The notes below the pieces were generated by a model. The model did no database searches. It saw only the letters and a program-made list of their open reading frames with translations, and had not been told where the DNA came from. Made by a program: the position numbers and the translations under genes. Positions 9,777 through 20,371 of a stretch of 64,000 nucleotides of DNA are shown here, in pieces; positions within the stretch are counted from its first letter, which is position 1; each line of letters opens with the position of its first letter. This DNA comes from an uncultured Chthonomonadaceae bacterium (GTDB taxonomy: Bacteria > Armatimonadota > Chthonomonadetes > Chthonomonadales > Chthonomonadaceae): assembly GCA_963835065.1 (NCBI GenBank), contig CAWIEK010000009.1:119436-183435 (forward strand), in the 5' to 3' direction.

Positions 9777-10622
9777 CTATTTGCGGGTGGCGTCCCACAT
9801 ATTGTCCTGCGGGCGATTCTTGGGGTCAGGATTGGTCGTGGACGGGCGCAGCGACTTCACATGTCCATCCGCCATCAGGAAGTTGGCTGTGTCGGTGTGA
9901 TGGGCGCTGACGGCTCCGTTGGGGCCATTCGGGAAAGCGGCTTTCGGGTCGTTTGTCCCGTTGGGAATCTCGCTGGGAGCGGCCCAGTCCCACCAGTTCA
10001 CACCGGCAAAGCAGTTGCCGTACCAGTCGCTGTTGTTGCCATCCGCCGTGCCGTTCATCGCCGCGTCCGCGTTATGCTTGTCCGTCACCATGATGGTTTC
10101 GGCCACTTTGTTCACGACCGCCAGCGTTTGGGAATGGCCCAGCCATGACTGGTCCATAGGCGTGAAGATGCCCTTCACGACGTTGCCATTGGAGTTATCT
10201 ATGAGGCCGTTGCAGCCGTAGGAGATGGGAACGCCCGCCCAGGGAACCAGCCAGGATTGCGCCGAAATTTTCAGGGCGTCATCCACGTCGCGGTAAACGG
10301 CGTAGCTTTTGATGTAAGGCTGCGTGGTAATGGCCCACGAGTTGTGCCAGGTCTCATCCATGCCCATGGGGAAGGTCTCATCAAAGTCCTGCGTGTACAT
10401 CAGGATCGCGGTTCCCATCTGCTTGACATTGGAGGTGCAGGAGATGGCGCGGGCTTTTTCGCGCGCCTGCGCAAAGACGGGGAACAGAATGGCCGCCAAG
10501 ATTGCGATGATGGCGATTACGACAAGCAGTTCGATCAGGGTAAATCCCTGTGAGGACTTACGGACCGGAGTGGCAACGCTTCTGCGCGTTTTCATGGTTG
10601 TTGTCCTTCTCATGATTCTCAT
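9777..10622 (-). CDS. Prepilin-type N-methylation / DUF1559 protein with H-X9-DG motif
   Basis: [48 protein letters not shown]. Confidence 0.92.
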   Translation of the reverse strand: MRIMRRTTTMKTRRSVATPVRKSSQGFTLIELLVVIAIIAILAAILFPVFAQAREKARAISCTSNVKQMGTAILMYTQDFDETFPMGMDETWHNSWAITTQPYIKSYAVYRDVDDALKISAQSWLVPWAGVPISYGCNGLIDNSNGNVVKGIFTPMDQSWLGHSQTLAVVNKVAETIMVTDKHNADAAMNGTADGNNSDWYGNCFAGVNWWDWAAPSEIPNGTNDPKAAFPNGPNGAVSAHHTDTANFLMADGHVKSLRPSTTNPDPKNRPQDNMWDATRK

Positions 10623-10672
10623 GATTCGAGTGAAATGTTCGAGATTCGAGTGGTATCCGATGCAGGCATATT

Positions 10673-11842
10673 TTACAGCGCTTGTTGGCGCGGTGGGCCG
10701 ACGGATTTACGAACAATAAGTTCCAGTTCAAACACCTGGGTATCCGACAATGCGGACACAGGCAGCACGGTCGGCAATGACGCAGCGCCCTTGTTCATCC
10801 CCTCCTTTCCATTGGTTTCATTGGCCGCGCAGGCCGGCTCCGAACCGGACACGACCGCATGATCCAACCCTTCGCCGCTGATTTGCATCAGCAAACGCTC
10901 CACGGCGCGGCGTCCCATTTGTCGGAACGGCTGCCGAACCGTCGTCAGCGGCGGCGTTGTCGAGCGCGCCAGCAGCGTATCATCGAAGCCGACAACGGAA
11001 ACGTCGTCCGGCACGGCCATATTGTTTTCGGCCAGCACTTCCATGCCGCCATAGGCGATGGCGTCACTGGCGCAAAAGAACGCTGTCGGAAACGCGGCGC
11101 GGGGCCATTTGGCAAGCGCCTGCTCCATGCAATGCCGCCCCGACCAGACGCTATAATTGCCCTGCAATACCAATTCAGGGTCATAGCCAATTCCGGCTTC
11201 TTCCAATGCGGCGCAATACCCGCTCAAACGCTGCTGCACTTCCCGCATATCCAGCCCGGCGGTGAAATGCGCGATCCGGCGATGCCCGTGCGCCAGCAGA
11301 TGCCGCACCGCCGCATACGCCCCGGGTTCGTTGTCCACTTCCATGTTGGCGATTGTGGCAGATTCCGGCTGAGTGCCATGTATCATCACCAGGGGCGTCA
11401 ATCGCCGCAGATCTTCCAGAAAACCGCCGGAAAAGCGGGGCGGAGCCACCAGGATAATGCCGTCCACGCGCCCATCGCAAAAGCCGGGGATTCGGCTTTG
11501 TTCCGATTCCCAGTTGGCGAGGGAACAGACCGTGATGTTCTGCCCCTGTTTGGTGGCGGCTTCCAGGATGCCGTTCAGCACTGCCAGAAAATACAGGTTT
11601 ATTTCACCGCCGTCCACCACCGACACCACGCCGATAGTATCCATGCGCCGGCGGTTCAGTCCGCGCGCAACACCGTTGGGACGGTAGCGCAATCGGGCAG
11701 CCGCTTCCACGATGCGCGACCGCGTGGCGTCCGACACGCGCGCCGAAGAGCGCGAGCCGTGCAGCACAACAGAAACCGTCATGGCGCTGACACCGGTTTC
11801 TCTGGCAATATCCTGTAAAGTAGGGGCGTTGGTTCTGGTCAT
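10673..11842 (-). CDS. LacI family transcriptional regulator
   Basis: [37 protein letters not shown]. Confidence 0.93.
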   Translation of the reverse strand: MTRTNAPTLQDIARETGVSAMTVSVVLHGSRSSARVSDATRSRIVEAAARLRYRPNGVARGLNRRRMDTIGVVSVVDGGEINLYFLAVLNGILEAATKQGQNITVCSLANWESEQSRIPGFCDGRVDGIILVAPPRFSGGFLEDLRRLTPLVMIHGTQPESATIANMEVDNEPGAYAAVRHLLAHGHRRIAHFTAGLDMREVQQRLSGYCAALEEAGIGYDPELVLQGNYSVWSGRHCMEQALAKWPRAAFPTAFFCASDAIAYGGMEVLAENNMAVPDDVSVVGFDDTLLARSTTPPLTTVRQPFRQMGRRAVERLLMQISGEGLDHAVVSGSEPACAANETNGKEGMNKGAASLPTVLPVSALSDTQVFELELIVRKSVGPPRQQAL

Positions 11843-12068
11843 AGTTAGTAAACACTCGATTGAATAGAGTATACAGCCATTTAGCGATAAATCAGACCCT
11901 TTTGATATTATTTTTCAGATTATTTTTCGCAATAGATGCGATCTCTGGCTTTGATGTTCCCTACACATCACATCTATATCAAAATTCGCGCTTCTATGCT
12001 TGACCAAGTCTTAGCAAGCAATTATAGCAATCTGCCTCCGCGCTTTTTGCTCGGTTCATTTTGCCCGC

Positions 12069-12410
12069 CTACTCTTCTACAACGCGAACCGTTACCATTC
12101 CCCCTTTCAATATCGCCTGGCAGCCAAGCCGGGACGTGGCAATCCGGTCTTCCGCCGAGGTCAGCCGATCCGCCTCCACATCCTCCATGCGGGAAAGATG
12201 CTCCATTCCAACTAAAATATGTACATGGCACGTCGTACACGCGCAATTGCCGCCGCACTCATGCTCCAGCGGTATGCCATTGTCCAATGCCGCGTCCAAA
12301 ATCGTATCCCCTGCCCGCGCCGCAACGGTTCGGTTCTGCGGCAAAAACGTCAGCGTCACTGCCGAATGTTGTTCTGATTTTGTAGTTTCCTGCACGGTAT
12401 GCCTTCTCAT
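12069..12410 (-). CDS. 2Fe-2S ferredoxin (ISC/adrenodoxin type)
   Basis: CGGNCACTTCH...SRLGCQ. Confidence 0.9.
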   Translation of the reverse strand: MRRHTVQETTKSEQHSAVTLTFLPQNRTVAARAGDTILDAALDNGIPLEHECGGNCACTTCHVHILVGMEHLSRMEDVEADRLTSAEDRIATSRLGCQAILKGGMVTVRVVEE

Positions 12411-12640
12411 AGATTAGTGTTAAACCGTTCCCAAATCAAACAAGCAAAGGAGTTTTACCCCTTCGCGCCTAAACTTCACTCACCAATCTTCCAATATCTG
12501 AAATGCGAGGAAGACGGAAGAGGGACTATAGGAAGTATGGAAGACAGAAGCCGAACACCGAACACCAACTGCCGAATACCTGACTCATCCTCAACACTTG
12601 AACACTTGAACCCCAACAAAATCAAGGAGACTCCTAAAAT

Positions 12641-14050
12641 ATGACCACCGTTGATCCGAAAGTGTTTCGGACCTATGACATACGCGCCCTTGTGCCCGAC
12701 ATGGTGACGCCTGACAGCGAGTTTTATGGCGAACTCAACAACCCCGACGCTTTCCTCGCCACGCTGACCGCCGCACAGGTGGAACAGATTGGGCGCGGGT
12801 TGGGCGAACTGCTGGACACGGATACCGTTGTTATCGGGCATGATGCCCGGCTGTCCGGTCCCGCGTGGGCGGACGCGCTGGCGCGTGGACTGGCGCAACA
12901 GGGCGTCAACGTGGTTTTAATCGGCTATGCCACAACGGACATGGTGTACTACGCTTCCGGCAAAATGAACGTGTGCGCCATTGAAATCACCGCCTCGCAC
13001 AGTCCCAAAGAATTGAACGGCATGAAAATCGTGCGTCCGGGCGCGCAGGTCATCGGCATGGGTTCGGGCATGGAGCAACTGCGCGACATTGTGGTTTCTA
13101 ATCAGTTTCGGGAGGGCAGGCCGCAGGGGAGCATTACGCGCAAAGACATTCTGGCCGAGTCCATTGACCATCTGATGCAGTTTATTGACGTGGACAGCGT
13201 GAAGCCGTTCACCATCGTTGCGGACGCGGGCAACGGCGTCGGCGGGCCGGCAGCCCACGCGCTGTTTGCCCGTTTCCCGCAACTCAAGGTCACGGAACTG
13301 TTCTTCGAGCCGGACGGCAATTTTCCCAATCACGGTCCCAACCCGTTTGAACACGAAAACATCGAGCCGTTAGTCGCCGCCGTAAAAGCGCAGAAAGCCG
13401 ATTTCGGCGTGGCGTGGGATGGGGATGCCGACCGCGTGTTCTTTGTGGATGAAAACGGAACGCCGATTTCCGGGGATGTGATTACCACCCTCGTCGCCCG
13501 CCATTTTCTTAAAATGCACCCCGGCTCAACCATTGTATATGATTTGCGCGCGTCGTGGGCCGTGCGGGACTGGGTTTCCAAATTGGGCGGCGTACCGGTT
13601 TCGGAGCGCGTCGGCCATTCGTTCATCAAGCGCCGGATGCGGGCGGAAAACGCGGTTTTCGGCGGCGAAGTGTCCGGGCATTACTACTTCCGCGACCATT
13701 TCTACGCCGACAACGGCTATATCCCGCTCCTGTCCCTGCTGCAAATGCTCAGTGAAAGCGGCAGTACGCTCAGCCAACTCGTTGCCGGCTTGGGCGCATA
13801 CTACATTTCCGGCGAAATCAACTCCACCGTGCCAGATGTAAACGCCGTTCTCAACCGCATTCAAACCCAATTCGGGGACGGCGACATAGACCTGCGCGAC
13901 GGCATCACCATCGAATATCCCGACTGGCACTTCAACGTGCGCCCGTCCGCCAACGACCCGCTCATCCGCCTCAACCTCGAAGCCCGCAGCCAGGACGAGA
14001 TGGAGCGCAAGCGCGACGAACTGCTGGCGATTATACGGGCAAACGGTTAA
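12641..14050 (+). CDS. Phosphomannomutase/phosphoglucomutase
   Basis: ITASHSP phosphoserine loop, DGDADR metal loop, GGEVSGH. Confidence 0.93.
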   Translation: MTTVDPKVFRTYDIRALVPDMVTPDSEFYGELNNPDAFLATLTAAQVEQIGRGLGELLDTDTVVIGHDARLSGPAWADALARGLAQQGVNVVLIGYATTDMVYYASGKMNVCAIEITASHSPKELNGMKIVRPGAQVIGMGSGMEQLRDIVVSNQFREGRPQGSITRKDILAESIDHLMQFIDVDSVKPFTIVADAGNGVGGPAAHALFARFPQLKVTELFFEPDGNFPNHGPNPFEHENIEPLVAAVKAQKADFGVAWDGDADRVFFVDENGTPISGDVITTLVARHFLKMHPGSTIVYDLRASWAVRDWVSKLGGVPVSERVGHSFIKRRMRAENAVFGGEVSGHYYFRDHFYADNGYIPLLSLLQMLSESGSTLSQLVAGLGAYYISGEINSTVPDVNAVLNRIQTQFGDGDIDLRDGITIEYPDWHFNVRPSANDPLIRLNLEARSQDEMERKRDELLAIIRANG

Positions 14051-14074
14051 CCACGGGGATCACGGGAACACGGG
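14049..14074 (+). repeat. Left arm of period-9 inverted repeat flanking the cyclase gene
   Basis: AACCACGGGGATCACGGGAACACGGG; complementary to 15492-15518. Confidence 0.7.
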
Positions 14075-14098
14075 AGAAGAACAGGGGAGAAGACAACG

Positions 14099-15451
14099 AT
14101 GGATCGCGCGCTTTGGAGTAATCCGAATACTGCCGTAATTGTGGCCGCTATTGCCGCAACGCAAATGCTGTGCGGCGCGGTGATTCTGCTGCTTCTCCAT
14201 TTGTGGCTGCGGCAGCGGGATGTGAAAGACCGGAGCCTGCTCTGGCTGTGTATCAGCCTGCTCAGTTGGGCAATAATCCATGCTTCCAAATTGCTTTCCG
14301 GGCCGTGGAAAATCAGCAACGCGGATGCCATCAGCTACACCCTTTCCCCGGTCAGCAGCATTTTGTTTACTATGACGGCGTTTCAGCTTGCGCGCGTCCG
14401 CGAACTGTTTCAAAACAAGGATCGCAAACACTGGCCGCGCAGCATGGTCGCAAGCGTTGTCGCCGCGTCCCTCGTGGAGTGGATTTTGCTGTTCTTTTAT
14501 CCGCCTGCCGCAAAAGTCATAGACGCAACCACGTCCAGCCTCGCCCTTATTATCTTAGGCATCGGCCTGATGTACTCTTTCTACATCTATAACAACCAGT
14601 ATCTGGCGGCGCTGACCGGGGTAACGTTCCTCTATCAGATCGCAAAACAATTTCTGCTGGCGCTGCAAACCGCGTCGGGCGCGCGGGCGATTTTCGACAG
14701 CGCGAGCAGCACCATTACAACCATGCTGTTCATCGCGCTGGCAGTGGCGTGGGGGCTGTCGGATACGTCGCGCTTACGGTTTGTGGGTGGCTCGTCCAAC
14801 GTGAATGTGGTCGCCATTTTCTTCGATTTGCGCGGCTCTTCGCAGTGGGCGAAACAGGTGACGGCAAAGCGCAGCGCCTCGCAGGTCGGATTGTTTATGG
14901 ACAGTCTGCGGGAATGGGCGCGGAACCAGGCGTTGAGTTTTCCCGACAATCGCCCGGACTTTATCAAGTTTTTGGGGGATGGGTTCCTCTTTGTGTGGGA
15001 AGTTTCGGACAGGAAACTGCTCTGGGAACGGGCCGGAATAGAAGTGCGGCTGGCCTACAAAATCTACAGCGAGTACGCCGACTGGCTGAAAACGGAGGAT
15101 TGGGAGCAGGAATTGGGCAGTGTGCCGCCCGCGTTGGGCATTGGCGTGGATGCGGGGCATGTCATCCGCATTACCTACGAGAATGGAGCCAACGATTATA
15201 TCGGCGCAGCCGTCAACAACGCCGCTAAATTACAAGATTTAGCGCGGCCCAACGGGGGTGTCGTAGTACTTAATTCGACGTGGCAGCAGTGCAGCAACTG
15301 CAGCGGCAGTTTGACGCAAACGCTGGAAGACAAATTTATTGCCAATTACCTTCTTCATCCCACCGAAAAAATAGGCGACGACGAAAAAGTATACGCCACT
15401 GCAGAAGTCGTATTTTCATCACGCGGCAGCGTCGAAGCATCCAGTATCTAA
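14099..15451 (+). CDS. Membrane-bound class III adenylate/guanylate cyclase (about 7 TM + catalytic domain)
   Basis: FFDLRGSS, IKFLGDG, GIGVDAG, NDYIGAAVNNAAKLQ. Confidence 0.82.
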   Translation: MDRALWSNPNTAVIVAAIAATQMLCGAVILLLLHLWLRQRDVKDRSLLWLCISLLSWAIIHASKLLSGPWKISNADAISYTLSPVSSILFTMTAFQLARVRELFQNKDRKHWPRSMVASVVAASLVEWILLFFYPPAAKVIDATTSSLALIILGIGLMYSFYIYNNQYLAALTGVTFLYQIAKQFLLALQTASGARAIFDSASSTITTMLFIALAVAWGLSDTSRLRFVGGSSNVNVVAIFFDLRGSSQWAKQVTAKRSASQVGLFMDSLREWARNQALSFPDNRPDFIKFLGDGFLFVWEVSDRKLLWERAGIEVRLAYKIYSEYADWLKTEDWEQELGSVPPALGIGVDAGHVIRITYENGANDYIGAAVNNAAKLQDLARPNGGVVVLNSTWQQCSNCSGSLTQTLEDKFIANYLLHPTEKIGDDEKVYATAEVVFSSRGSVEASSI

Positions 15452-15491
15452 TATCTGCTTGTGCGCTTATTAATTCGTTCCCCCTCTCACC

Positions 15492-15518
15492 CCCGTGTCC
15501 TCCGTGTTCCCCGTGGTT
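15492..15518 (-). repeat. Right arm of period-9 inverted repeat flanking the cyclase gene
   Basis: Reverse complement AACCACGGGGAACACGGAGGACACGGG. Confidence 0.7.
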
Positions 15519-15524
15519 CACTTC

Positions 15525-16247
15525 CTACGTGGTTTGCGTTAGCACGCGCTGCCAGCGAGGTTCGGGGATGCTCAGAAAGACTTTCACAATCTCAGGATCG
15601 AACTGCCTGCCGCTGAACTTTTCGATTTCCGTTCGGGCGGCGTCGAAGGGCAGGGCCGGACGGTACGGGCGGTCACTCGTCATAGCGTCGAGCGTGTCGG
15701 CGACGGCGAAAATGCGGGCGCCGAGCGGGATGGCTTCGCCTTTCAGCCCGTAGGGATAGCCGCTGCCGTCCCAGGCTTCGTGGTGGTGCAGCACGATTGT
15801 GGCGGCGGTTTTCAGCAGGTCAATTTTAGCGCACATCTCGTAGCCTATGAGCGGATGCTGGCGGATTTCAACCCACTCTTCCGGCGTCAGTTTGCCCGGC
15901 TTGCGCAGGATGCTGTCGGGAACGCCGATTTTGCCGATGTCGTGCAGCAGCGCGCCCCGCTCGATGGGATACAGTTCCGCTTCGCGCAAATTCAGGAGGT
16001 CGGCGAGTTCGATGGTATACGCGGTCACGCGCTCCAAATGGCCTTCCGTTTCCGTATCGCGGGTATTCAGCGCGCTCAACAGGGCGTCCAGCATGGTTTC
16101 AGCAGTGTGATTTGTAGCCGGGAAAACTGCCTGCATCCTGTTTTCCGCCGAGGCCAGGCTGCCGTTCTTCCTTGCCGCGTTGCGCGTTGGCGCAAGTGTG
16201 TCAAGGCTGTCATGCTGGGAAATGCGGCGCGCTTTCGGGTTAAACAT
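15525..16247 (-). CDS. HD-GYP phosphodiesterase
   Basis: LLHDIGK, HHEAWDGSGYP, SDRPYR. Confidence 0.92.
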   Translation of the reverse strand: MFNPKARRISQHDSLDTLAPTRNAARKNGSLASAENRMQAVFPATNHTAETMLDALLSALNTRDTETEGHLERVTAYTIELADLLNLREAELYPIERGALLHDIGKIGVPDSILRKPGKLTPEEWVEIRQHPLIGYEMCAKIDLLKTAATIVLHHHEAWDGSGYPYGLKGEAIPLGARIFAVADTLDAMTSDRPYRPALPFDAARTEIEKFSGRQFDPEIVKVFLSIPEPRWQRVLTQTT

Positions 16248-16250
16248 AAT

Positions 16251-17024
16251 TCAGGCGTCCCGCTCTTCGTCGTCCCGGTGAATTGTCTTGAAATCCAGTT
16301 TCAAGTCCGGTTGATAATCCGGCAAAACGATGGCGTCAAAAGCCTTGCGAACGGCATCTTCCGGCTCAATTGCCGGCTCGCCATGCTGAGCGTCAGCCTC
16401 GTCAATCGCCTGCTCCGCAGCCCGGTCCATAATCGCGCGCAGAGTATCGGTATGTTTCCAGATGCGGTTGCCTTTGTGCCGCGCCCGCCGCAGGGCATCC
16501 ATACTGCGCGCAATCAGCAGTTTCGAAGCGGGCACGTCCAGTGACATGGCCGCCACGCCTACGCTCAGGGTGAGCCAGGGCCGCTCCGCTTCGCCGCTAT
16601 GGGCGGTCATGGCCGCGCGCAATCGCTCCGCAAGAGCCGTCGCCTGATGCTCCGGCAGCAAAGGGCATATCACCAGGAACGTAAACGCATCCGGCGATAT
16701 TTCCGGGTTCGCGTGTCCCACAACATCATGGGTGCGCGTTTCCTGCCGCAGGCAGCGGGCCACGCCGCGCCCGATAAGAGCCGCGCCTTCTGCGCGCAAA
16801 AAGCGCAGCACGGGCGAGTCGTCTACGGCGATGCTGAGTACGGAAAGCGGCAGGTTGTGCCGGGCCACCATTTCAATCATGGTATCCAAATAGACGCAAA
16901 CCGCGTCATGCGTGGCGACGCCGGTTTCGCCGTCAATGGGCAGCAGATAGTCAAGTCGGCGCGAATACGTATCTTCCAGGCTGTCTGCCGCAATGTTTTC
17001 CCAGCTGCCGCCCGCCGGGGTCAA
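16251..17024 (-). CDS. Degenerate GGDEF-fold protein (true start may be 17101)
   Basis: R.HDVVG, LAERLRAAM, TLSVGVA, ALRRARHKGNR; no GG(D/E)EF motif. Confidence 0.6.
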   Translation of the reverse strand: MTPAGGSWENIAADSLEDTYSRRLDYLLPIDGETGVATHDAVCVYLDTMIEMVARHNLPLSVLSIAVDDSPVLRFLRAEGAALIGRGVARCLRQETRTHDVVGHANPEISPDAFTFLVICPLLPEHQATALAERLRAAMTAHSGEAERPWLTLSVGVAAMSLDVPASKLLIARSMDALRRARHKGNRIWKHTDTLRAIMDRAAEQAIDEADAQHGEPAIEPEDAVRKAFDAIVLPDYQPDLKLDFKTIHRDDEERDA

Positions 17025-17209
17025 AGGCGGCGACGGGAAAACGGCGTCCGTTGGTTATCGAAATCATTGGCGTGTCCATGCGGGTCTTCTTCCCATTCCA
17101 TGCGCGTGTTGTCTCCTGCCGTGCGATGTTGCCGAAAGCGGCTCTCGGCGGTGCTTACTGGTAGAGAATTATCGGCAGAAGGAGGTTGAGAGTTGAGGGG
17201 TTAAAGAAA

Positions 17210-17287
17210 TGATGAGTGATGAGTGATGAGTGGAACATCCTCTATTTGCATTTTTATTCATCACTCCTCATTCATCACTCATCACTT
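17210..17287. repeat. Heptamer hairpin (GATGAGT)n...(ACTCATC)n
   Basis: Inverted tandem arrays overlapping the 17275 stop. Confidence 0.75.
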
Positions 17288-18582
17288 TCCAAAGCGGGCA
17301 TCGGCAAGCGGCGGCGGCGTTCGGGGGGGAGGAGGCGTTCCATCGTGTCGTCTACGGTAATGATTCCGAGCAGGCGCTCGTCTTCGCTGACGACGGGAAC
17401 GGCGAGGAGGTTGTAGCGCCCGATGATCTGGGCCACTTGATCGGCGTGGTCGTCTACGTACACATGAATGACGTTGTGTACCATGATGTCGCGGATGTAG
17501 GTTGCGGGGGCGGCAATCACCAGGTCGCGCAGAGAAAGCACGCCCACAAGCCGGTCTTCCTCGTCCGTGACATATATGTAATAGATGGTTTCGGCTTTGG
17601 GGGCGAGTTCGCGCAGGCGGGCAATCGTCTGTTCGCAGGTCAGGTTGGCGTGGAGCGCGACGAGTTCGGTTGTCATCAGGCCGCCCGCCGTATCCCCGCC
17701 ATACGTCATCAGTTCCTTGACATCGCGGGCTTCGTCGGGTTCCATCTGACCGAGCAGGCTGTTGGAGCGGGCGTTGGGCAGGTCTTCGAGCAGGTCGGCG
17801 GCCTCATCGGGTTCCATGGCTTCCAGAATATCGGTTGCCGTTTCGTCGGGCAGGTGATTCATAATCTGCACCTGCGTTTCCGACTCCACTTCGGCAATGG
17901 TTTCCGCCGCCACATCCGTATCCAGCGCGGAAATCACTTCCCGCGCATCGTGGGGGCTGAGTTGTTCCACAATGTCGGCAATGTCGGCGGGGTGCAGGCG
18001 GGCGATCTTGTCATGCGACACTTTCAGCCGTATGCGCCCGCCGACTGTGCCGGGTTCCAGCGTGTTCACATCGTCCCACGCGATCAGATTGGAGCGCAGC
18101 GGATGGCGGAACAAGCGGGCAAGGGCTTCTATCGGCTTGTGAAACGGATCGAAGCGGCGCAGCAGGGCGCGGAGGCTGGCATCCACGCCCACCACGCAGT
18201 ACCCGCCGCCCACTTCGGCAAGCCGCACGTCATTGACGCGCACGACGCGGTAATCCTGCACGTCCACGATCTGCTTGTCCAGAATGTCGCGGCGCAGGCG
18301 CAGGGCGTCTTCATGCGGAACGCACGGCAGCAGTTCGGCAAGGGGCGCGCGCAGCCGAATATCGCCCCGAATGTGGCCGCTGCCTTCCGGCCCGCGCGGG
18401 TCGGCGTCAAATTCCAGGGCGTCATACGGCAAACATATTTCACCCGTTGCCGCGCGTACCAGAATCGCGCGCACGGCAGGCAGCCTCCCCTCCATATCAG
18501 CAATCGTATCTATGACTTTGCCGATAGGAACGCCATCGGGAGCCAAAACGCGCTTATCCAGAATCTGCGTGAGATATTTCAT
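17275..18582 (-). CDS. MgtE intracellular-domain / CBS protein with PRC-like barrels, no TM domain
   Basis: LHPADIADIVE, MEPDEAADLL, TAGGLMTTE, LLGIITVDD. Confidence 0.85.
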   Translation of the reverse strand: MKYLTQILDKRVLAPDGVPIGKVIDTIADMEGRLPAVRAILVRAATGEICLPYDALEFDADPRGPEGSGHIRGDIRLRAPLAELLPCVPHEDALRLRRDILDKQIVDVQDYRVVRVNDVRLAEVGGGYCVVGVDASLRALLRRFDPFHKPIEALARLFRHPLRSNLIAWDDVNTLEPGTVGGRIRLKVSHDKIARLHPADIADIVEQLSPHDAREVISALDTDVAAETIAEVESETQVQIMNHLPDETATDILEAMEPDEAADLLEDLPNARSNSLLGQMEPDEARDVKELMTYGGDTAGGLMTTELVALHANLTCEQTIARLRELAPKAETIYYIYVTDEEDRLVGVLSLRDLVIAAPATYIRDIMVHNVIHVYVDDHADQVAQIIGRYNLLAVPVVSEDERLLGIITVDDTMERLLPPERRRRLPMPALESDE

Positions 18583-18745
18583 AGCGCCATTATACAGCCT
18601 GGCGAAAATGTCGTCAATGCAATCTGCTCACAATCTTTTTCTGCGCCTGCTGAAATCTCTGAGCGTTGACGACGCGGCAGCAAGGCAATAAGTTCGCGCA
18701 GCTACAAGTTTTTTATAAAATTTCTCAAAAAGACATTCTTTGCCG

Positions 18746-18775
18746 TTGACAAACCCTATCCCTGACAAGTATACT
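18746..18775 (+). promoter_or_regulatory. Sigma70-type promoter
   Basis: TTGACA-N18-TATACT, about 210 bp upstream of the DUF1559 gene. Confidence 0.55.
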
Positions 18776-18983
18776 GGCATTGTATCCCGTAGTTTCCATA
18801 GTTTCTCCCTGTCTTCCAGCATTGTTGTTGGTACAGGGTAGTCAACGACGCCTTGTGCAGCCATATGAGCAAATAAGCTTGTTTCCTCAAATGAAGAGGG
18901 AACAAACTTATTCTCTGGCCGCGCTATGGCGTTTTTTGCGTTTGGCCGTTCCCGGCTTCATTTTCTTTTTTGGAGGTTCCCCC

Positions 18984-19760
18984 ATGGTTCACGTTCGCAA
19001 AGGTTTCACGCTGATCGAGTTGTTAGTGGTTATTGCCATCATCGCTATTCTCGCGGCGATTCTGTTCCCCGTCTTTGCCCAGGCGCGCGAAAAAGCGCGC
19101 ACCGCGTCGTGCCTGTCCAACTTCAAGCAGTTGGGCATTGCCTTCACGATGTACCTGCAGGACAATGACGAGGTGGTGCTGCCCCGTTACCAGGCCTGCC
19201 CCAGCACCGGGCCTGCCGCCACCCCGGACGATCCTCTGCTCTGGACAGCCACCATTCAGCCCTACGTCAAGAACAAGCAGATTATGATCTGTCCTTCTTC
19301 CACGCAGTCCAAGTACGGCGACACCTGGAATACGCGCAGCGCGGTTTCTTCCGGCTACAACCAGACCATCAGCGGCTGGTACTACGCCACCGACGCCTGT
19401 GGACAGTGGATTTTGCCCTCGCTGCCCGGCATTCAGTACCCCGCCAAGAACGTGATGTTCGCCGACTCGGTTCCCGGCGCGCTTGCCGATGGCTATCGCG
19501 GCTACCTGTTCGGCAATACCGCTCTCAACGTTCCCTACACCACCGCCAGCGCGGGCAGTCTCGGCGCGCGCCACACGGAGGGGACCAACCTGACCTTCTT
19601 CGACGGCCATGCCAAATGGTACAAAGGAACGGCGGTGCTGTGGCATCCTGACGCGGTCATCAACTGCAAGGACTACAGCCTGTTTCTCAACCCCTGGATG
19701 GACGTCAACGACGCCCATATCAAGTTCAACATTTCCGATACCTGCATCCCCGATCCGTAA
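18984..19760 (+). CDS. Prepilin-type N-methylation / DUF1559 protein with H-X9-DG motif
   Basis: [15 protein letters not shown]...[35 protein letters not shown]. Confidence 0.92.
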   Translation: MVHVRKGFTLIELLVVIAIIAILAAILFPVFAQAREKARTASCLSNFKQLGIAFTMYLQDNDEVVLPRYQACPSTGPAATPDDPLLWTATIQPYVKNKQIMICPSSTQSKYGDTWNTRSAVSSGYNQTISGWYYATDACGQWILPSLPGIQYPAKNVMFADSVPGALADGYRGYLFGNTALNVPYTTASAGSLGARHTEGTNLTFFDGHAKWYKGTAVLWHPDAVINCKDYSLFLNPWMDVNDAHIKFNISDTCIPDP

Positions 19761-19841
19761 TCCGTCAGGCGTCCCAACTTCCATTTCTGAACTTTCCTTT
19801 TCTGAACGGAAGGCTCTTCTCGAACGAAAGGCTTTTGACGC

Positions 19842-20060
19842 ATGAACCAGAAAGTGAATCCGGCTGTCGCCGCCGCGCTTGCCGCCGTCGTCGCGCTCTG
19901 TCTCCTCTTCATCGGGATGAAAGTCTTTCGCGGTGGCGGAGGGGGAGATACCGGCAGCGAGGGCAAAGCGGTGATAGTCAGGCCCAGCAACCCCAACGAT
20001 CCGAAGTTTACCGAACATCTCCCTGCCGGCATTGCCGGCGGAGGCATGAACGGCAAATAG
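19842..20060 (+). CDS. Small single-TM protein downstream of DUF1559 gene
   Basis: MNQKVNPAV followed by a hydrophobic helix and Gly/Pro tail. Confidence 0.65.
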   Translation: MNQKVNPAVAAALAAVVALCLLFIGMKVFRGGGGGDTGSEGKAVIVRPSNPNDPKFTEHLPAGIAGGGMNGK

Positions 20061-20104
20061 TAGTTTTCTCGCGTTTACCTCACCGGGCGTCCACTTGTGG
20101 ACAT

Positions 20105-20142
20105 ACCCCTCTCCTGGCCGCTCGTTCCTCGCCAGGAGAGGG
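20105..20142. terminator. GC-rich hairpin (terminator or REP-like)
   Basis: CCCCTCTCCTGGC...GCCAGGAGAGGGG. Confidence 0.55.
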
Positions 20143-20371
20143 GCTATTTGTTGCTATTTCTACAACCACACAGGAAGACAATGGACAAAAAAACCGGATG
20201 CTTTGTGGGCATCCGGTTCAAGACGCAACGATTTACAATCGCGTCCGGCAAAAGAAGGGTGATCGTCGCTCGGAGAGTGAGCGTGATGATATTCTGCATC
20301 ATAGATGTTAAGCGAGTATTAAGCCTGCATGAATTTTCCGTTAAGGTTTAGGCGGTTACTACACACGGACA

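Noticed and set aside
14099..15451. Pycsar anti-phage system
   Set aside because: No adjacent cNMP-binding effector; specificity residues look like an ordinary adenylate cyclase
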